DNA of 64,000 nt from Candidatus Latescibacterota bacterium (GCA_965206595.1 OZ242214.1:4640001-4704000), one strand, 5' to 3'. Positions 44,405-55,059 are shown, counted from the first letter of the stretch. The notes: generated by a model not told the origin, from the letters alone. Translations and numbers: made by a program.

Positions 44405-45079
44405 ATGTGTACCTGCGTCATCCTGTTCGCGAAGCTCCCGGTCCCAGGGGAGGTAAAGACGAGGCTGCAGCCGCGCCTGAGCGCGTCGCAGGCAGCCGAT
44501 CTCTACCGGTCGTTCCTTCTCGACTGCGCCGCGGCCGCGGCCGCTACAACCGCTGCGAGGAAGGTGATGGCCTATTCACCCGCCGGGGCAGCGGAGGCCA
44601 TCCGGGAGATGCTCGGCTCTCCGGCCGTGGCGTTCGATTTCATTCCCCAACCCGACACCGACCTCGGAAACCGAATGGAGGTCCTGTTCGAGCACAGCTT
44701 CGCGCGCGGTGCCGAGCGGACCGTAATCGTCGGCTCGGACAGTCCCTCCCTGGGGCCGGAGCGGATAGACGAGGCGTTCGATCTGCTGCGGAGTCGAGAG
44801 CTCGTGCTCGGCCCGAGCAGCGACGGCGGTTATTACCTCATTGGACAGCGGCAACTCCAAAGGGCCCTGTTCCGCGGCATCGAATGGAGCAGCAGCCGGG
44901 TCTTTCGCCAGACCTTGGAGGCCGCAGCAGGCCTCGACCTGGCGCTGCTGCCCCCCTGGTACGACGTCGACACCGCCGCGGACGCGGCATTCCTGCGCGA
45001 TCATCTCGAGGCCCTCGAGCGCACCGGCAGGCGGTGGGGATTTCGCAGTCTCCAGCAGCTGCGAGCGCTCGATCTGTAG
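44405..45079 (+). CDS. DUF2064 / TIGR04282-type glycosyltransferase-like protein
   Basis: FAKLPVPGEVKTRL, DLGNRM, VGSDSP, GPSSDGGYYLIG, YDVDT. Confidence 0.85.
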   Translation: MCTCVILFAKLPVPGEVKTRLQPRLSASQAADLYRSFLLDCAAAAAATTAARKVMAYSPAGAAEAIREMLGSPAVAFDFIPQPDTDLGNRMEVLFEHSFARGAERTVIVGSDSPSLGPERIDEAFDLLRSRELVLGPSSDGGYYLIGQRQLQRALFRGIEWSSSRVFRQTLEAAAGLDLALLPPWYDVDTAADAAFLRDHLEALERTGRRWGFRSLQQLRALDL

Positions 45080-45163
45080 CGGGAAAACCGGTGGAAATCC
45101 ATGCGGGCAACGTCCGCAGCCCTGGGCTGCTTGTATCAAGGGAGTCCGGAACGGGCGCCGGTG

Positions 45164-45931
45164 CTAAACCCCCATGATGCGGTATCCGCCGTCTACGTAG
45201 AGCACCTCTCCCGTGATGCCGCGGCTGAGGTTACTGCACAGGAAGAGGGCGGCGTCGGCTACCTCCTCGACCTCGGTGTTGCGCCGCAGCGGGGCCCGCT
45301 CCGCGTGCGCCTGGTGCATGAGGTTGAAGTCGCGGATGCTTCGCGAGGCCAGCGTCTTGAGCGGGCCCGCAGAGAGCCCGTTGACGCGGATGTTCTTCTC
45401 GCCGAGCTCCGACGCCAGGTAGCGAATCCCGGATTCCAGCGCCGCCTTCGCCACTCCCATGACGTTGTAGTTGCGCACAGCCCGCTCGCTACCCAGGTAG
45501 GTGAGGGCCACCACCGCCCCTCCCGAAGCCATCAGAGGCTCGGCACCCCGCACCAGGCAGTTCAGCGAATAGGCGCTGACCTCGAGGGCTAGGCGGTAGC
45601 CGTCCCGCGAGGTGTCGGTATATCGGCCGTCGAGATCCTCCTTGTTGGCAAAAGCGATGCCGTGAACGAGGAAGTCGAGCCTGCCGACCTCCTCTCCCAC
45701 CTGGGAGAAGGCGGCGGCCACCGATGCGTCGTCGCTGACGTCGCACCGAACGAGGACCGGAGGGGTGGACAACTGGCCTGCGACCTTTTCGATGCCTGCG
45801 CGCTCCCGTTCGCCGAGGTAGCCGAGGACCAGCCGGGCACCCTCGCGGTCAAGGGCCCGGGCTATCGCCCAGGAGATGCTGCGGTGGTTGGCAACGCCGG
45901 CGACGAACCCGGTCTTGTCCGACATCATCAT
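45164..45931 (-). CDS. fabI: Enoyl-ACP reductase
   Basis: GVANHRSISWAIA, YNVMGVAKAALE, AGPLKTLA. Confidence 0.95.
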   Translation of the reverse strand: MMMSDKTGFVAGVANHRSISWAIARALDREGARLVLGYLGERERAGIEKVAGQLSTPPVLVRCDVSDDASVAAAFSQVGEEVGRLDFLVHGIAFANKEDLDGRYTDTSRDGYRLALEVSAYSLNCLVRGAEPLMASGGAVVALTYLGSERAVRNYNVMGVAKAALESGIRYLASELGEKNIRVNGLSAGPLKTLASRSIRDFNLMHQAHAERAPLRRNTEVEEVADAALFLCSNLSRGITGEVLYVDGGYRIMGV

Positions 45932-45956
45932 GGTTCTGCCGTCCTCTCCATCGTTT

Positions 45957-47816
45957 TCATGCCCGACTCCCGGTCAGCTTCAGACCGCTGCTGTTGAGCC
46001 GGAAGTCGACAACCCGGCTCGCGGCGAACGAGCTCCGGTCGCGCAGCTTCCCCAGTTCCCGCTTCAGGTCCCCGGCGGCGCCGTCGGCCGCTACCAGAAG
46101 GGCGAACCCCCCCCCGCCTGCGCCCGTCAGCATGCCGCCGCTGCACAGCTCGGAGACCGCCGATCCCTCGAACAGGTGATGCAGGGTCGCGCTGGTCGCT
46201 TCGGGATCGAGAATGCAGCGCAGTTCCCAGTAACGCGTCGCCATTTTCCCCAGGGCGTCGTAGTCACCGGCGCGGAGCGCGGTCACCATGTCGTCGTGAA
46301 GCGCCAACGACTCGCGCAAGGCGAAATAACGATGGCGGTCCCTTTTCAGGTATGCGGCGAGAATGACGTTCAGTCCGCGCGAAGCAGCGCGCGAAATCCC
46401 GGTGTCGAACAGCACGATGCGCTCGGCGAAACGGTCGGCGTCCACCTCGACGAAGGCGATGCCAGGTACCGGCGGACCGTCGGTGGGGAGAGCGTACAGA
46501 TCCTTGGCGGCGCTGGCGCCGCCGCGGGCACCCCGCGCGTCCTGCCAGCCGGAGTTGAGCCCGAGGCTCTGCTCGAGCAGAACGCTCTGGTCGTACAGCT
46601 CCGGGTATTCACCTGCGTCGGTGCCGGCGGAGTGACCGGTAAGCCGGTAGAAGACCTTCAGGATGGCTGCTGCGAGGATGCTGCTGGTCCCGAGTCCGGA
46701 TCCCTGTAGAACGGCGCTGGAGGTGACGACTTCGAGCCCGCCGCCGCGGGTGAAGTTCGAAATGTCGCCGACCACGTCCCTGGTGCGCGCCGAGATGATC
46801 CCGCAGTGGACGAGCGCCTCCTTGACCATGCGCAGGGACTCGTCGCCGCCGCGGCGATAGGCGAAGAACAGGTCGCTCTGCACCGCGGGTGCTCCGCGCG
46901 CGTTGGCTTCGAATTCCGCTTCGAACCCCTTCGAAAGTGAGCGCAGCCGGAGGAGCGGTTTCTCGAGCCTCCGCGCCGTCACCGTCAGAGGAGATCTGCA
47001 TTCGCCCGAGTCATCGGTGCACAGATCGATCCCCGCGTTGAGCGTCTTGCCGCCCTGCTCCTTGGTGCGGATGTGGTTGTCGGAGGCGTTGGCGCTGGAA
47101 ATCCCCAGCCGGAGGGGGGAGACGACGGTGAAAAGCTTGTCGAAATCCTCCCGGGCCATGGGATCGGTCCGCGAATTCCGTCTCGAGGGCCTCCGGGTGC
47201 CGCGGAGGCCAACCGTCATGTCGCGGCGCTGCAACTCCACGATAATCCCTTCGTAGGCGTCGGGAAGCTCTGCGATCCTCTTCTGTTCTTTCAGGGACGC
47301 GATGGCGCGATCGTCGAGGCAGAACGCAGGCACCTTTCTCCTCCACCAGATTTTCGGATCGGACAACATCCGGTAGACGTCTGCATGCACGCAGACCGCC
47401 CGCATTCCGCGCAGGTAACGCGTTATCTCGTCGAGCCCGACGAGATAACTGTCGAGCTTTTTCAGGATGTCGACGAGCGTCTTCGGGTCGCTGCTGAGAC
47501 GGAGCGCCTGGGCGTGGCCGACGTCGGCGATGGTGTCGATCATCTCGACGACGACCTCGGGCAACACCCTGGCAGCCGCTTTGCCGAAGGCGGCCGACCA
47601 CTCGTCGGCCGCCACCTTCGAGAGCAGCAGATCGATTGCCTCCGGGATCTGGAGCTTCGCCTGCAGGGGCTGATTCAGCAGCAGCCGGCGGATGAAATCT
47701 CCCCGCTCTTCGTCGCTCAAGCGGTCGCGGCGGCTGGCGGTGACGACGGTATCGATCAGCGACCCGGCGTCGGACAGGGATTGGATCTCGTCGCGTCTGC
47801 CGGCCGGTTCGCTCAT
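45957..47816 (-). CDS. GHMP-family sugar kinase (fucokinase/HddA-like) with an unknown N-terminal domain
   Basis: QGSGLGTSS, SGWQD, GAGGGGF. Confidence 0.75.
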   Translation of the reverse strand: MSEPAGRRDEIQSLSDAGSLIDTVVTASRRDRLSDEERGDFIRRLLLNQPLQAKLQIPEAIDLLLSKVAADEWSAAFGKAAARVLPEVVVEMIDTIADVGHAQALRLSSDPKTLVDILKKLDSYLVGLDEITRYLRGMRAVCVHADVYRMLSDPKIWWRRKVPAFCLDDRAIASLKEQKRIAELPDAYEGIIVELQRRDMTVGLRGTRRPSRRNSRTDPMAREDFDKLFTVVSPLRLGISSANASDNHIRTKEQGGKTLNAGIDLCTDDSGECRSPLTVTARRLEKPLLRLRSLSKGFEAEFEANARGAPAVQSDLFFAYRRGGDESLRMVKEALVHCGIISARTRDVVGDISNFTRGGGLEVVTSSAVLQGSGLGTSSILAAAILKVFYRLTGHSAGTDAGEYPELYDQSVLLEQSLGLNSGWQDARGARGGASAAKDLYALPTDGPPVPGIAFVEVDADRFAERIVLFDTGISRAASRGLNVILAAYLKRDRHRYFALRESLALHDDMVTALRAGDYDALGKMATRYWELRCILDPEATSATLHHLFEGSAVSELCSGGMLTGAGGGGFALLVAADGAAGDLKRELGKLRDRSSFAASRVVDFRLNSSGLKLTGSRA

Positions 47817-48149
47817 GTCATCGGGATAAACGGTGAGCGGCAGCGGTGTGATTCGCTGCTACGAGGATCCCATCCTGGCGGTTTGGTTCAAACGAAAACA
47901 TCCGGTTTGCAAGGGAGGGGATGCGCTGCCTTGGTCCGCCCGCCCGGAGGGCGGAGTGCCCGTCGAGTTGGCGACGGAGGGGACCTGTCCGTCGTCTCTA
48001 CTAGCCTTCGACAGATCCTGGTCGACCGGGAACCGAGCTTCTGTTTCAGGGGCGAGAAAGTAGCCCGCCGCAGGCCGGAAATCAATGTCGGGGGAACCGG
48101 CCGGGTCAGGACGGGTGCCCCGGGATATCTGCAGGAGTGGGGATCCTTG

Positions 48150-49601
48150 TCAGCCGCTGGGATGGGCGGTCAGGTGCTCACCGCGGCCGTTTTCGTCGAC
48201 TGCGACAGCCGATTTGCAGCTCTCCTTGGAGGCGTCCATGGCGCCGTACTCGTGGAGCTTGTTGCGCAGGGTCCGGGTGCTGATGCCGAGCTGGGCAGCG
48301 GCATCGGTGCGGTTTCCGCCGAAAGTCTCCAGCGTTCCCAAGATGAGGCGGCGTTCCATCTCGCGGACCGTCAGGCCGACCTGCAGGTTTTCGCCCCCTC
48401 GCTGGGGGCCTCCCCGGTCGAATTTTTTAGGGAAGTCGGCGAGGTCGAGCATGGGCAGGCGCGAGACCACCACCGCCCGCTCGATCTGGTTCTCCAGCTC
48501 GCGCACGTTGCCGGGCCAGTCGTACTGCATCAGCAGCTCGAGGGCTTCTTCGGATATCCCCTCGATCCGCTTGCCGTTGTCGTCGTTGAAACGCTGGACG
48601 AAGTGGCGTGCGAGAGCGGCGATTTCCTCCTTCCGCTCCCTGAGAGGGGGCAGGCTGATCTCGATCACATTGAGGCGGTAGAAGAGGTCCTCGCGGAAGT
48701 TTCCCTCCTCGACCTCCTTGACCAGCTCGCGGTTGGTCGTCGCCACGATGCGGACGTCGACCGCGATCGTCCGCGTGCTGCCGATGCGCTCGAACTCCCG
48801 TTCCTGCAGCACGCGCAGCAGCTTGGCCTGCAGGGAGAGGTCGATTTCGCTGATCTCGTCGAGCAGCAGGGTGCCGCGGTCCGCCATCTCGAAGCGGCCC
48901 CGGGTCTGCCTGATCGCTCCCGTGAATGCCCCCTTTTCGTGGCCAAACAGCTCGCTTTCCATCAGGTCCTTGGGCAGGGCGGCGCAGTTGAGGCGAATGA
49001 AGGGGCCGTTGCCGCGGCAGCTGTTGTAGTGCAGGGCTCTGGCGACCAGCTCCTTGCCGGTTCCGCTCTCCCCGGTGACGAGGACGGTGGCGCGGCTGTC
49101 GGCCACAGTGCCGATCAGGTCGACGACCTGTTCCATGCCTTGGCTGTTGCCGATCATGCCGCTCACACCACTTAAGCTGTACCTGTCCTGCAGCTCCGAG
49201 CGCAGGCGCCGGTTCTCGCGCACCGTCTCCTGGAATCGCAGCGCGCGTTCGACGACGATTTCGGTTTCGGAGGTCGTCGACTCCGAGCCCTTCTCGATGT
49301 AGTCGTAAGCCCCCTTTCTCATCGCCTCGACAGCGTCCTCAACCGTGCCATAGGCCGTCATCAGGATGACGTGCATATCGGGCCACCTCGATTTCACCTG
49401 TTCGAGCAGTTCGAGCCCGCCCATGCCCGGCATCTTTATGTCCGACAGCAGGAGGTCGTATTCGACTTTCTCCAGGCGCTCCAGAGCCGACCTCGCGTCC
49501 GAAGCCGTGTCGACGTCATAGCCCTTGCGAATCAGTATTTCCTCGGTCGCTCCGCGGACGTACGAGTCGTCGTCGACTACGAGAATGCGTTTGTCAGGCA
49601 T
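48150..49601 (-). CDS. sigma54-dependent response regulator (NtrC family)
   Basis: Receiver VVDD...[31 protein letters not shown], Fis-type HTH. Confidence 0.95.
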   Translation of the reverse strand: MPDKRILVVDDDSYVRGATEEILIRKGYDVDTASDARSALERLEKVEYDLLLSDIKMPGMGGLELLEQVKSRWPDMHVILMTAYGTVEDAVEAMRKGAYDYIEKGSESTTSETEIVVERALRFQETVRENRRLRSELQDRYSLSGVSGMIGNSQGMEQVVDLIGTVADSRATVLVTGESGTGKELVARALHYNSCRGNGPFIRLNCAALPKDLMESELFGHEKGAFTGAIRQTRGRFEMADRGTLLLDEISEIDLSLQAKLLRVLQEREFERIGSTRTIAVDVRIVATTNRELVKEVEEGNFREDLFYRLNVIEISLPPLRERKEEIAALARHFVQRFNDDNGKRIEGISEEALELLMQYDWPGNVRELENQIERAVVVSRLPMLDLADFPKKFDRGGPQRGGENLQVGLTVREMERRLILGTLETFGGNRTDAAAQLGISTRTLRNKLHEYGAMDASKESCKSAVAVDENGRGEHLTAHPSG

Positions 49602-50875
49602 CGTCTTTCCGGTCGGTTAGTGGGAAGGGTGATGGTGAAGCACGTGCCCTCGCCGGGATTGCTCCGGAAGGTGATTCGCCCGCCGTGGGCTTCGACGATT
49701 TTCTTCGACGTCACCAGCCCGAGTCCGGTGCCGTCCTCCTTGGTCGTGAAGAACGGCGTGAACAGCTTTTCCCGGACTTCGGCATCGATTCCGGGTCCCT
49801 CGTCGCGAATGCGGATCTGCGTTTCCTCGGCATCGGTTTCGCGCAGCACCTCGAGGCGGACAACGCCGCCGTCTGGCATCGCCTGGGCAGCGTTCAGCAG
49901 CAGGTTGAGGACGACCTGGTGGACCTGCTCCGTATCCAGTGCGACCACCAGCGGAGTCTCGGGATACGAGCGCTCGATCACTACTTCCCCGGATCCGCCT
50001 TCCGGATCGACCTCGAAGAAGGAGGCGGCCTCCTCGACGATTTCGCGGACATCGGTTTTCCGGGTGTTGAGGTTCAACGGCCGGGTGTAGCTCAACAGGC
50101 TCGAGACTATGCGGTTGAGACGGGCAACTCCCTCGGTGATTTTGCTCACCATCCGTCGGTTCGGGTCGCCGGCATCGAGGTCGCGTTTCAGCAGGTTGGC
50201 GAAGCTGGCGATGCCGCCCAGGGGGTTGCGGATCTCGTGGGCAACGGTCGCCGCCATCTCGCCGAGGGCAGCCAGGGTGTGCATGCGCCGAATCTGAGCC
50301 TCCAGGCGCTTCACCTCCGTGAGGTCGTTGAATGCCTCAAGGGCGCCCAGAATCTCGCCATTGTGATCCTTGACCAGGGAAGAGCTGAAGCCGAGGGGGA
50401 TCGTGCGCCCATCGGCGCGCTTCAGCTCTTTCTCCCGCGTCTGCAGGCCGGTTCCGGATTCCAGCGTGTAAAGGGCGGATTTGTCCCCGTCTGCGTCCTT
50501 CCCCATGACCTCTTCGTAGCGGCAGCCGAGCACCTCTTCCTGGGAACGGCCGGTGATCTCCTCGGCCGCCTGGTTGAACAGGGTGATTCTGCCCTCGAGA
50601 TCGAGGACGAGGACGCCACCGCTCATGCTCTCGAGGATGTTGTTCAGGTATTTGCTGACGCGGTCTTTCTCCTCGAGGCTCTGCCGGAGCTGGTTGTTGG
50701 TCTCTTCGAGCTTTGCGTCGAGGTATTCGAACTGTTCCTCGAGTTGCTTGTAGGCCTGGACGTATTTGCGTGCGGTCTCGTTGAAGAGGAGATACGAATC
50801 GGGAAAACTCTCTTCGAGTTCGCCTGCTTCCCCGAGTTGGATGGCCGGTTCCGGTACTTGCCGAGAAGAGGTCAT
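49577..50875 (-). CDS. Soluble PAS sensor histidine kinase
   Basis: Coiled coil, PAS (FNQAAEEITG), HEIRNPL, NAAQA, DEGPGI, FFTTK, GTGLGL; no TM helix; start at MTSSRQ inferred. Confidence 0.9.
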   Translation of the reverse strand: MTSSRQVPEPAIQLGEAGELEESFPDSYLLFNETARKYVQAYKQLEEQFEYLDAKLEETNNQLRQSLEEKDRVSKYLNNILESMSGGVLVLDLEGRITLFNQAAEEITGRSQEEVLGCRYEEVMGKDADGDKSALYTLESGTGLQTREKELKRADGRTIPLGFSSSLVKDHNGEILGALEAFNDLTEVKRLEAQIRRMHTLAALGEMAATVAHEIRNPLGGIASFANLLKRDLDAGDPNRRMVSKITEGVARLNRIVSSLLSYTRPLNLNTRKTDVREIVEEAASFFEVDPEGGSGEVVIERSYPETPLVVALDTEQVHQVVLNLLLNAAQAMPDGGVVRLEVLRETDAEETQIRIRDEGPGIDAEVREKLFTPFFTTKEDGTGLGLVTSKKIVEAHGGRITFRSNPGEGTCFTITLPTNRPERRCLTNAFS

Positions 50876-51171
50876 GTAGGGCTTGCTTTCCAAGGGCGGG
50901 GGGAGTCCCGGTGCGGAGGTCGCCGGGATCTGTGCGGAAACGATACCTCGACCGAGGAGGATGGTTCCGCGGGGCCGAATCGCAACGCCTCTGTGAAAAG
51001 AGGCGGTATGTCCGGAGGGGGGGGAGGAGACTGAGGCGGCCGGGGTGGCCGCGCAAAAGGAAAGAATTCCCGCTGGCGGAATCTTCTCGAAATATAGCAA
51101 AACGGCGCCTTGGCTGCCGAAGCGCATTCCCCGCCGCCGGACAGGCGGGGTATAGACAGGATCGAAGGGCC

Positions 51172-51822
51172 TTACGGGGGCGGTTTGGGGTAGGCCTTTT
51201 CTCCGGCGGTCACCGGAAAGGGGAGCCTGTTCCGAGGCGGCGGCATCGGGCATATGAAAGCCCGGCCGTCGTAAGCGCAGTACGGATTGTAGGATTCGTT
51301 GAAATCGATGACGCAGCGCCCCCCCTCTCCGCAGTAGACCGGTACGTAGCGGCCGCCGTCGTAGGTCGACTCGCCGTTGGTGGGATCGGTGAAGAAGACG
51401 GCGAGCTCGTCCGTTCCCTCGGTATGGTAGATCTCCAGCCAGAACGGTTCACCTGCGAACTCCGAGACAAAGCGGCCGTAACGCACCACGGGCAGCAGGG
51501 AGTCGGTGTTGGTGGCGGTGAGCAGCCGGCGGCGGCGGCCGTAAAGATGGAGGTCCCCCTCGATGAGAAAGCCGGCCTGCGGAGGGAAATAGCTCAGCCC
51601 GGCGAACGACCCGCGCTCCTTTTGCGGAATCGGCGAGCCTTCCTCTAGCAGCAGGCTGTCCTTGACGGCGCGGATGTGGCGCACTCGTTCGTGGTAGCCG
51701 GTGGTCTCGGCGGAGGCGCCTTGAAATGGCTGCGCCGCTGCCGGGACCCCTGCGCTGGCCAGCGCGAGCCCGGTTAGAGCCAGCGGGGGGAGGATTGCAG
51801 TCAGGCCAGGACGTGTTGACAT
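51172..51822 (-). CDS. DUF1684-family exported protein
   Basis: Signal peptide; FTDPTNGESTYDGGRY, DFNESYNPYCAY, CPMPPPRNRL, AGEK. Confidence 0.88.
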   Translation of the reverse strand: MSTRPGLTAILPPLALTGLALASAGVPAAAQPFQGASAETTGYHERVRHIRAVKDSLLLEEGSPIPQKERGSFAGLSYFPPQAGFLIEGDLHLYGRRRRLLTATNTDSLLPVVRYGRFVSEFAGEPFWLEIYHTEGTDELAVFFTDPTNGESTYDGGRYVPVYCGEGGRCVIDFNESYNPYCAYDGRAFICPMPPPRNRLPFPVTAGEKAYPKPPP

Positions 51823-51905
51823 CGATTTTCGCGGCCGGTTACCTTGCAAACCCGTTTGCAGCGAGACATCACCGGGACAGTCGAAACATAACACAGGAGT
51901 AAGGG

Positions 51906-52679
51906 ATGGTTCTCAAAGGTCGTACCGCTGTCGTGACCGGGGGAAGCTCCGGTATCGGGCGCGGGGTCTGCATCGAGTTTGCCCGCGAAGGAGCCAACGT
52001 CGTCGTGGCCGACGTTCAGGAGGCCCCCAAACGCGGCAGGTATCACGAGCAGGATACCCTAACCCCTACCGCGGAGGAGCTGGAGAAGCTGGACGTCAGG
52101 GGGCTGTTTGTCCAGGTCGATATAGCGAAAGATGAGGAGGTCCGGCAGCTGATGACCGCGGCGGCTGCGGAGTTCGGCGGCGTCGATATCCTGGTCAACA
52201 ACGCCGGCATATTCACCCTCGGCAACAGCGAGGAGCTGCCGGTGTCGGAGTGGGAGCGGATTATCGGCATAAATCTCAAGGGGGTGTTTCTGACCACGCG
52301 GCACGTCCTGCCCCATATGCGCAATTCGCGGGCGGGGCGGATCATCAACATCGCATCGGTGCACGCTTTCGGCGGCGGCGGCGGCCCTGCCTATGCGCCG
52401 GCAAAGGCCGGTGTCGTCAACCTCACCCGGGATACCGCCCTGGAGGTCGCCGCCGACAACATCACCGTCAACGCGGTCTGTCCCGGATACATCGAAACGG
52501 CGATTCAGGATTACCTGACGCCCGGGCAGATCGAGGAGTGCCTCCAAAAGACCCCGCTGCCGCGGCTCGGTTTGCCGAGGGACATCGGCAGGGCCTGCGT
52601 CTTTTTCGCCTCCGACGACGCTGCCTGGATTACGGGAGTGGCCCTTCCGGTCGACGGCGGCTGGCTGGCGCCGTTGTGA
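51906..52679 (+). CDS. Short-chain dehydrogenase/reductase
   Basis: TGGSSGIG, NNAG, YAPAK, VDGG. Confidence 0.92.
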   Translation: MVLKGRTAVVTGGSSGIGRGVCIEFAREGANVVVADVQEAPKRGRYHEQDTLTPTAEELEKLDVRGLFVQVDIAKDEEVRQLMTAAAAEFGGVDILVNNAGIFTLGNSEELPVSEWERIIGINLKGVFLTTRHVLPHMRNSRAGRIINIASVHAFGGGGGPAYAPAKAGVVNLTRDTALEVAADNITVNAVCPGYIETAIQDYLTPGQIEECLQKTPLPRLGLPRDIGRACVFFASDDAAWITGVALPVDGGWLAPL

Positions 52680-52683
52680 TTCT

Positions 52684-53874
52684 TCAGTGGTGAAACAGCC
52701 GGATGCCGGAGTGGACCATCACCATTCCGCAGGCATCGGCGGCCTCCGTCACCTCCTGGTCCATGGTCGATCCCCCGGTCTGCACGATGAACTCGACGCC
52801 GCTGCGGCTGGCCCGGTCGATGTTGTCGCGGAAAGGGAAGTAGGCGTCCGAGCTCAGGGCCACCCCCTTGAATCCCGCCAGCCATTCCCCCTTTTCCTCG
52901 GCGGACAACGGATGTGGAACCCTCCTGAAGTTGCGCTCCCAGGAATGTCGCTCCGCCGCCGAAATCGCTCCCTGCGCTAGCTCGTCCTGCAGGTACAAGT
53001 CGATGGCGTTGTCGCGGTCAGGGCGCCTGATGCCCCTGCGAAACTCAAGAGCCAGCACACGCGGATGCTGGCGCAGGTACCAGTTGTCGGCCTTGCCCGC
53101 GGCCAGCCGCACGCAGTGAATGCGCGACTGCTGGCCCGCCCCGACCCCGACAACCTGCCCGTCCCTGGCGAGACAGACGGAATTCGACTGGGTGTACTTG
53201 ACCGCGACGGTGGCGACGATGAGGTCGCGCACCGCCCTCTCGTCCAAGTCGCGTCGCCTCGTAACCACGTTGCTCAGGAAGTCCTCGCCGGGCACGAAGT
53301 CGTTGCGGCGCTGTTCCATCGACAGACCGAATAGCTGGCGCGTCTCCACCGGGCCCGGCCGGTATTCCGGGTCGATGCGCAGCACCTTGTAGCTCCCCCC
53401 CCGCTTACTTCGCAGAATGGCGAGCGCCTCGGGGTCGTAGTCCGGAGCGATGACCCCGTCCGACACCTCGACGCGGATCAACTCGGCGGTGGTGACGTCG
53501 ACCGCGTCGCTGAGGGCGATCCAGTCCCCGTACGAGGCGAGGCGATCGGCGCCGCGTGCGCGGGCGTACGCGCAGGCCAGCGGGGTAAGCCGGTCAGCCG
53601 GGGGCGCGAAAAGGGCGCGGCGCAGCGGTTCCGGCAGCGGGATTCCGACCGCCGCCCCGGCCGGGCTGACATGCTTGAACGACGCCGCGGCCGGCAGTCC
53701 GGTAACCTGCCTGAGCTCGCGGACGAGCTGCCAGGAGTTGAGTGCGTCCATCAGGTTGATGTAGCTCGGGGCGTCGTTCAAGGCCTCCAGGGGCAGCTCA
53801 CCTCCTGGCAGGTGACAGCGCGCCTGTCGCTGGTGCGGATTGCAGCCGTAGCGCATGGCCACTTCCGTCGTCAT
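52684..53874 (-). CDS. AICAR transformylase lacking the IMP cyclohydrolase domain
   Basis: Begins at RYGCNPHQ; SFKHVSPAG, KYTQSNSV, GQQSRIHC, SDAYFPF, RLFHH. Confidence 0.9.
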   Translation of the reverse strand: MTTEVAMRYGCNPHQRQARCHLPGGELPLEALNDAPSYINLMDALNSWQLVRELRQVTGLPAAASFKHVSPAGAAVGIPLPEPLRRALFAPPADRLTPLACAYARARGADRLASYGDWIALSDAVDVTTAELIRVEVSDGVIAPDYDPEALAILRSKRGGSYKVLRIDPEYRPGPVETRQLFGLSMEQRRNDFVPGEDFLSNVVTRRRDLDERAVRDLIVATVAVKYTQSNSVCLARDGQVVGVGAGQQSRIHCVRLAAGKADNWYLRQHPRVLALEFRRGIRRPDRDNAIDLYLQDELAQGAISAAERHSWERNFRRVPHPLSAEEKGEWLAGFKGVALSSDAYFPFRDNIDRASRSGVEFIVQTGGSTMDQEVTEAADACGMVMVHSGIRLFHH

Positions 53875-53987
53875 CTGCATCTCCTGGTCGCTCGGAGTTT
53901 TGTTGACACTGGGAGAGAGCGGCTTGTTAATTATGCCGCCGGGGCGCAAAGGAACGCACGCAAAAAGTTGCAAGCAAAGGTGCAGGA

Positions 53988-55025
53988 ATGTTCAAGGGTG
54001 GATACACTGCAATCGTCACGCCGATGAAGGAAGACGGCAGTGTCGACTACGACGGACTCGATCGCCTTCTAGATTTCCAGATCGACAACGGCATCCAGGG
54101 GATCATCGCCGTGGGGACCACGGGCGAAAGCCCGACACTTCTTTGGGAAGAGCACAACGAGGTCGTCGAGCGCACCTGCAGCAAAACGCGGGACCGCTGC
54201 ATTGCCGTCGCCGGTACGGGGAGCAACTCGACCCGCGAAACTCTGGAGGGAACCGCCCACGCCGCTCATAACGGAGCCGAGGCGGTGCTTCTGGTCGATC
54301 CTTACTACAACGGCCCCAGCTCGGTCGAGATCCGCCGCGAATACGTCGAGCCGGTTGCCAGCGGGTTCCCCCAGCTTCAGGTGATTCCCTACATCATCCC
54401 CGGGCGCACCGGAACGATGATGCACGCCGAGGATCTGGCGATCCTGTCGCGGCAGTACGGAAACGTCTCCGCGGTCAAGGAAGCGACGGGGGATTTCGAC
54501 AACATGGCCAAGACCCGGCGGCTGTGCGGCGACGGCTTCGGCATACTGTCCGGGGACGACGACAAGACGGTCGAGATGATGAAGCGGGAAGACATCAAGG
54601 CCGCGGGTGTGATTTCGGTGATGTCGAACGTCGTCCCCGGAGGAATCCAGCGGATGACGGAGCTTCTCGGGTCCGGCGATCACGCCGGGGCCGACCGGCT
54701 GGCTGCCGACATGCAGCCATTCTTCGGCATGGTAGGCGTTGCCGTCGACGAGGCGACGGAACACGGGACGGTGCAGTGCAAGTTCCGCAATCCCCTGCCG
54801 GTAAAGACGCTGATGAACATCCTCGGCATGCCGGCTGGCCCCTGCCGCCGGCCTCTCGGAAAGCTCACCAGGGCAGGTCTCGACGTCGTAGTCGCTGCGG
54901 CGCGTCAGGTCTGGGAGAACGACCCCGGTCTGCTGGCACCGGTAGGGGAGTTCTTCGGCGTCGATATCGAAGCGAGGCTGCACGACAGCTGCCTTCACGA
55001 GTCGTTGATCTACAGCTCGTATTGA
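53988..55025 (+). CDS. dapA: 4-hydroxy-tetrahydrodipicolinate synthase
   Basis: TAIVTP, GTTGES, PYYN, VKEATG, LSGDD, NPLPVK; next to dapB. Confidence 0.92.
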   Translation: MFKGGYTAIVTPMKEDGSVDYDGLDRLLDFQIDNGIQGIIAVGTTGESPTLLWEEHNEVVERTCSKTRDRCIAVAGTGSNSTRETLEGTAHAAHNGAEAVLLVDPYYNGPSSVEIRREYVEPVASGFPQLQVIPYIIPGRTGTMMHAEDLAILSRQYGNVSAVKEATGDFDNMAKTRRLCGDGFGILSGDDDKTVEMMKREDIKAAGVISVMSNVVPGGIQRMTELLGSGDHAGADRLAADMQPFFGMVGVAVDEATEHGTVQCKFRNPLPVKTLMNILGMPAGPCRRPLGKLTRAGLDVVVAAARQVWENDPGLLAPVGEFFGVDIEARLHDSCLHESLIYSSY

Positions 55026-55059
55026 GACGATTTGAAAGTTTGAAGCCGGGTCGCGAAGA

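Noticed and set aside
44405-45079. Arsenosugar biosynthesis locus
   Set aside because: The DUF2064-type gene is alone; no arsM, radical-SAM arsS or partner glycosyltransferase adjacent.
47817-48149. sRNA in the spacer between the NtrC gene and the GHMP kinase
   Set aside because: Two GC-rich hairpins only; no promoter, U-tract or recognisable family.
51096-51112. sigma54 site upstream of the histidine kinase
   Set aside because: GG-to-GC spacing is 9 nt rather than the required 10.
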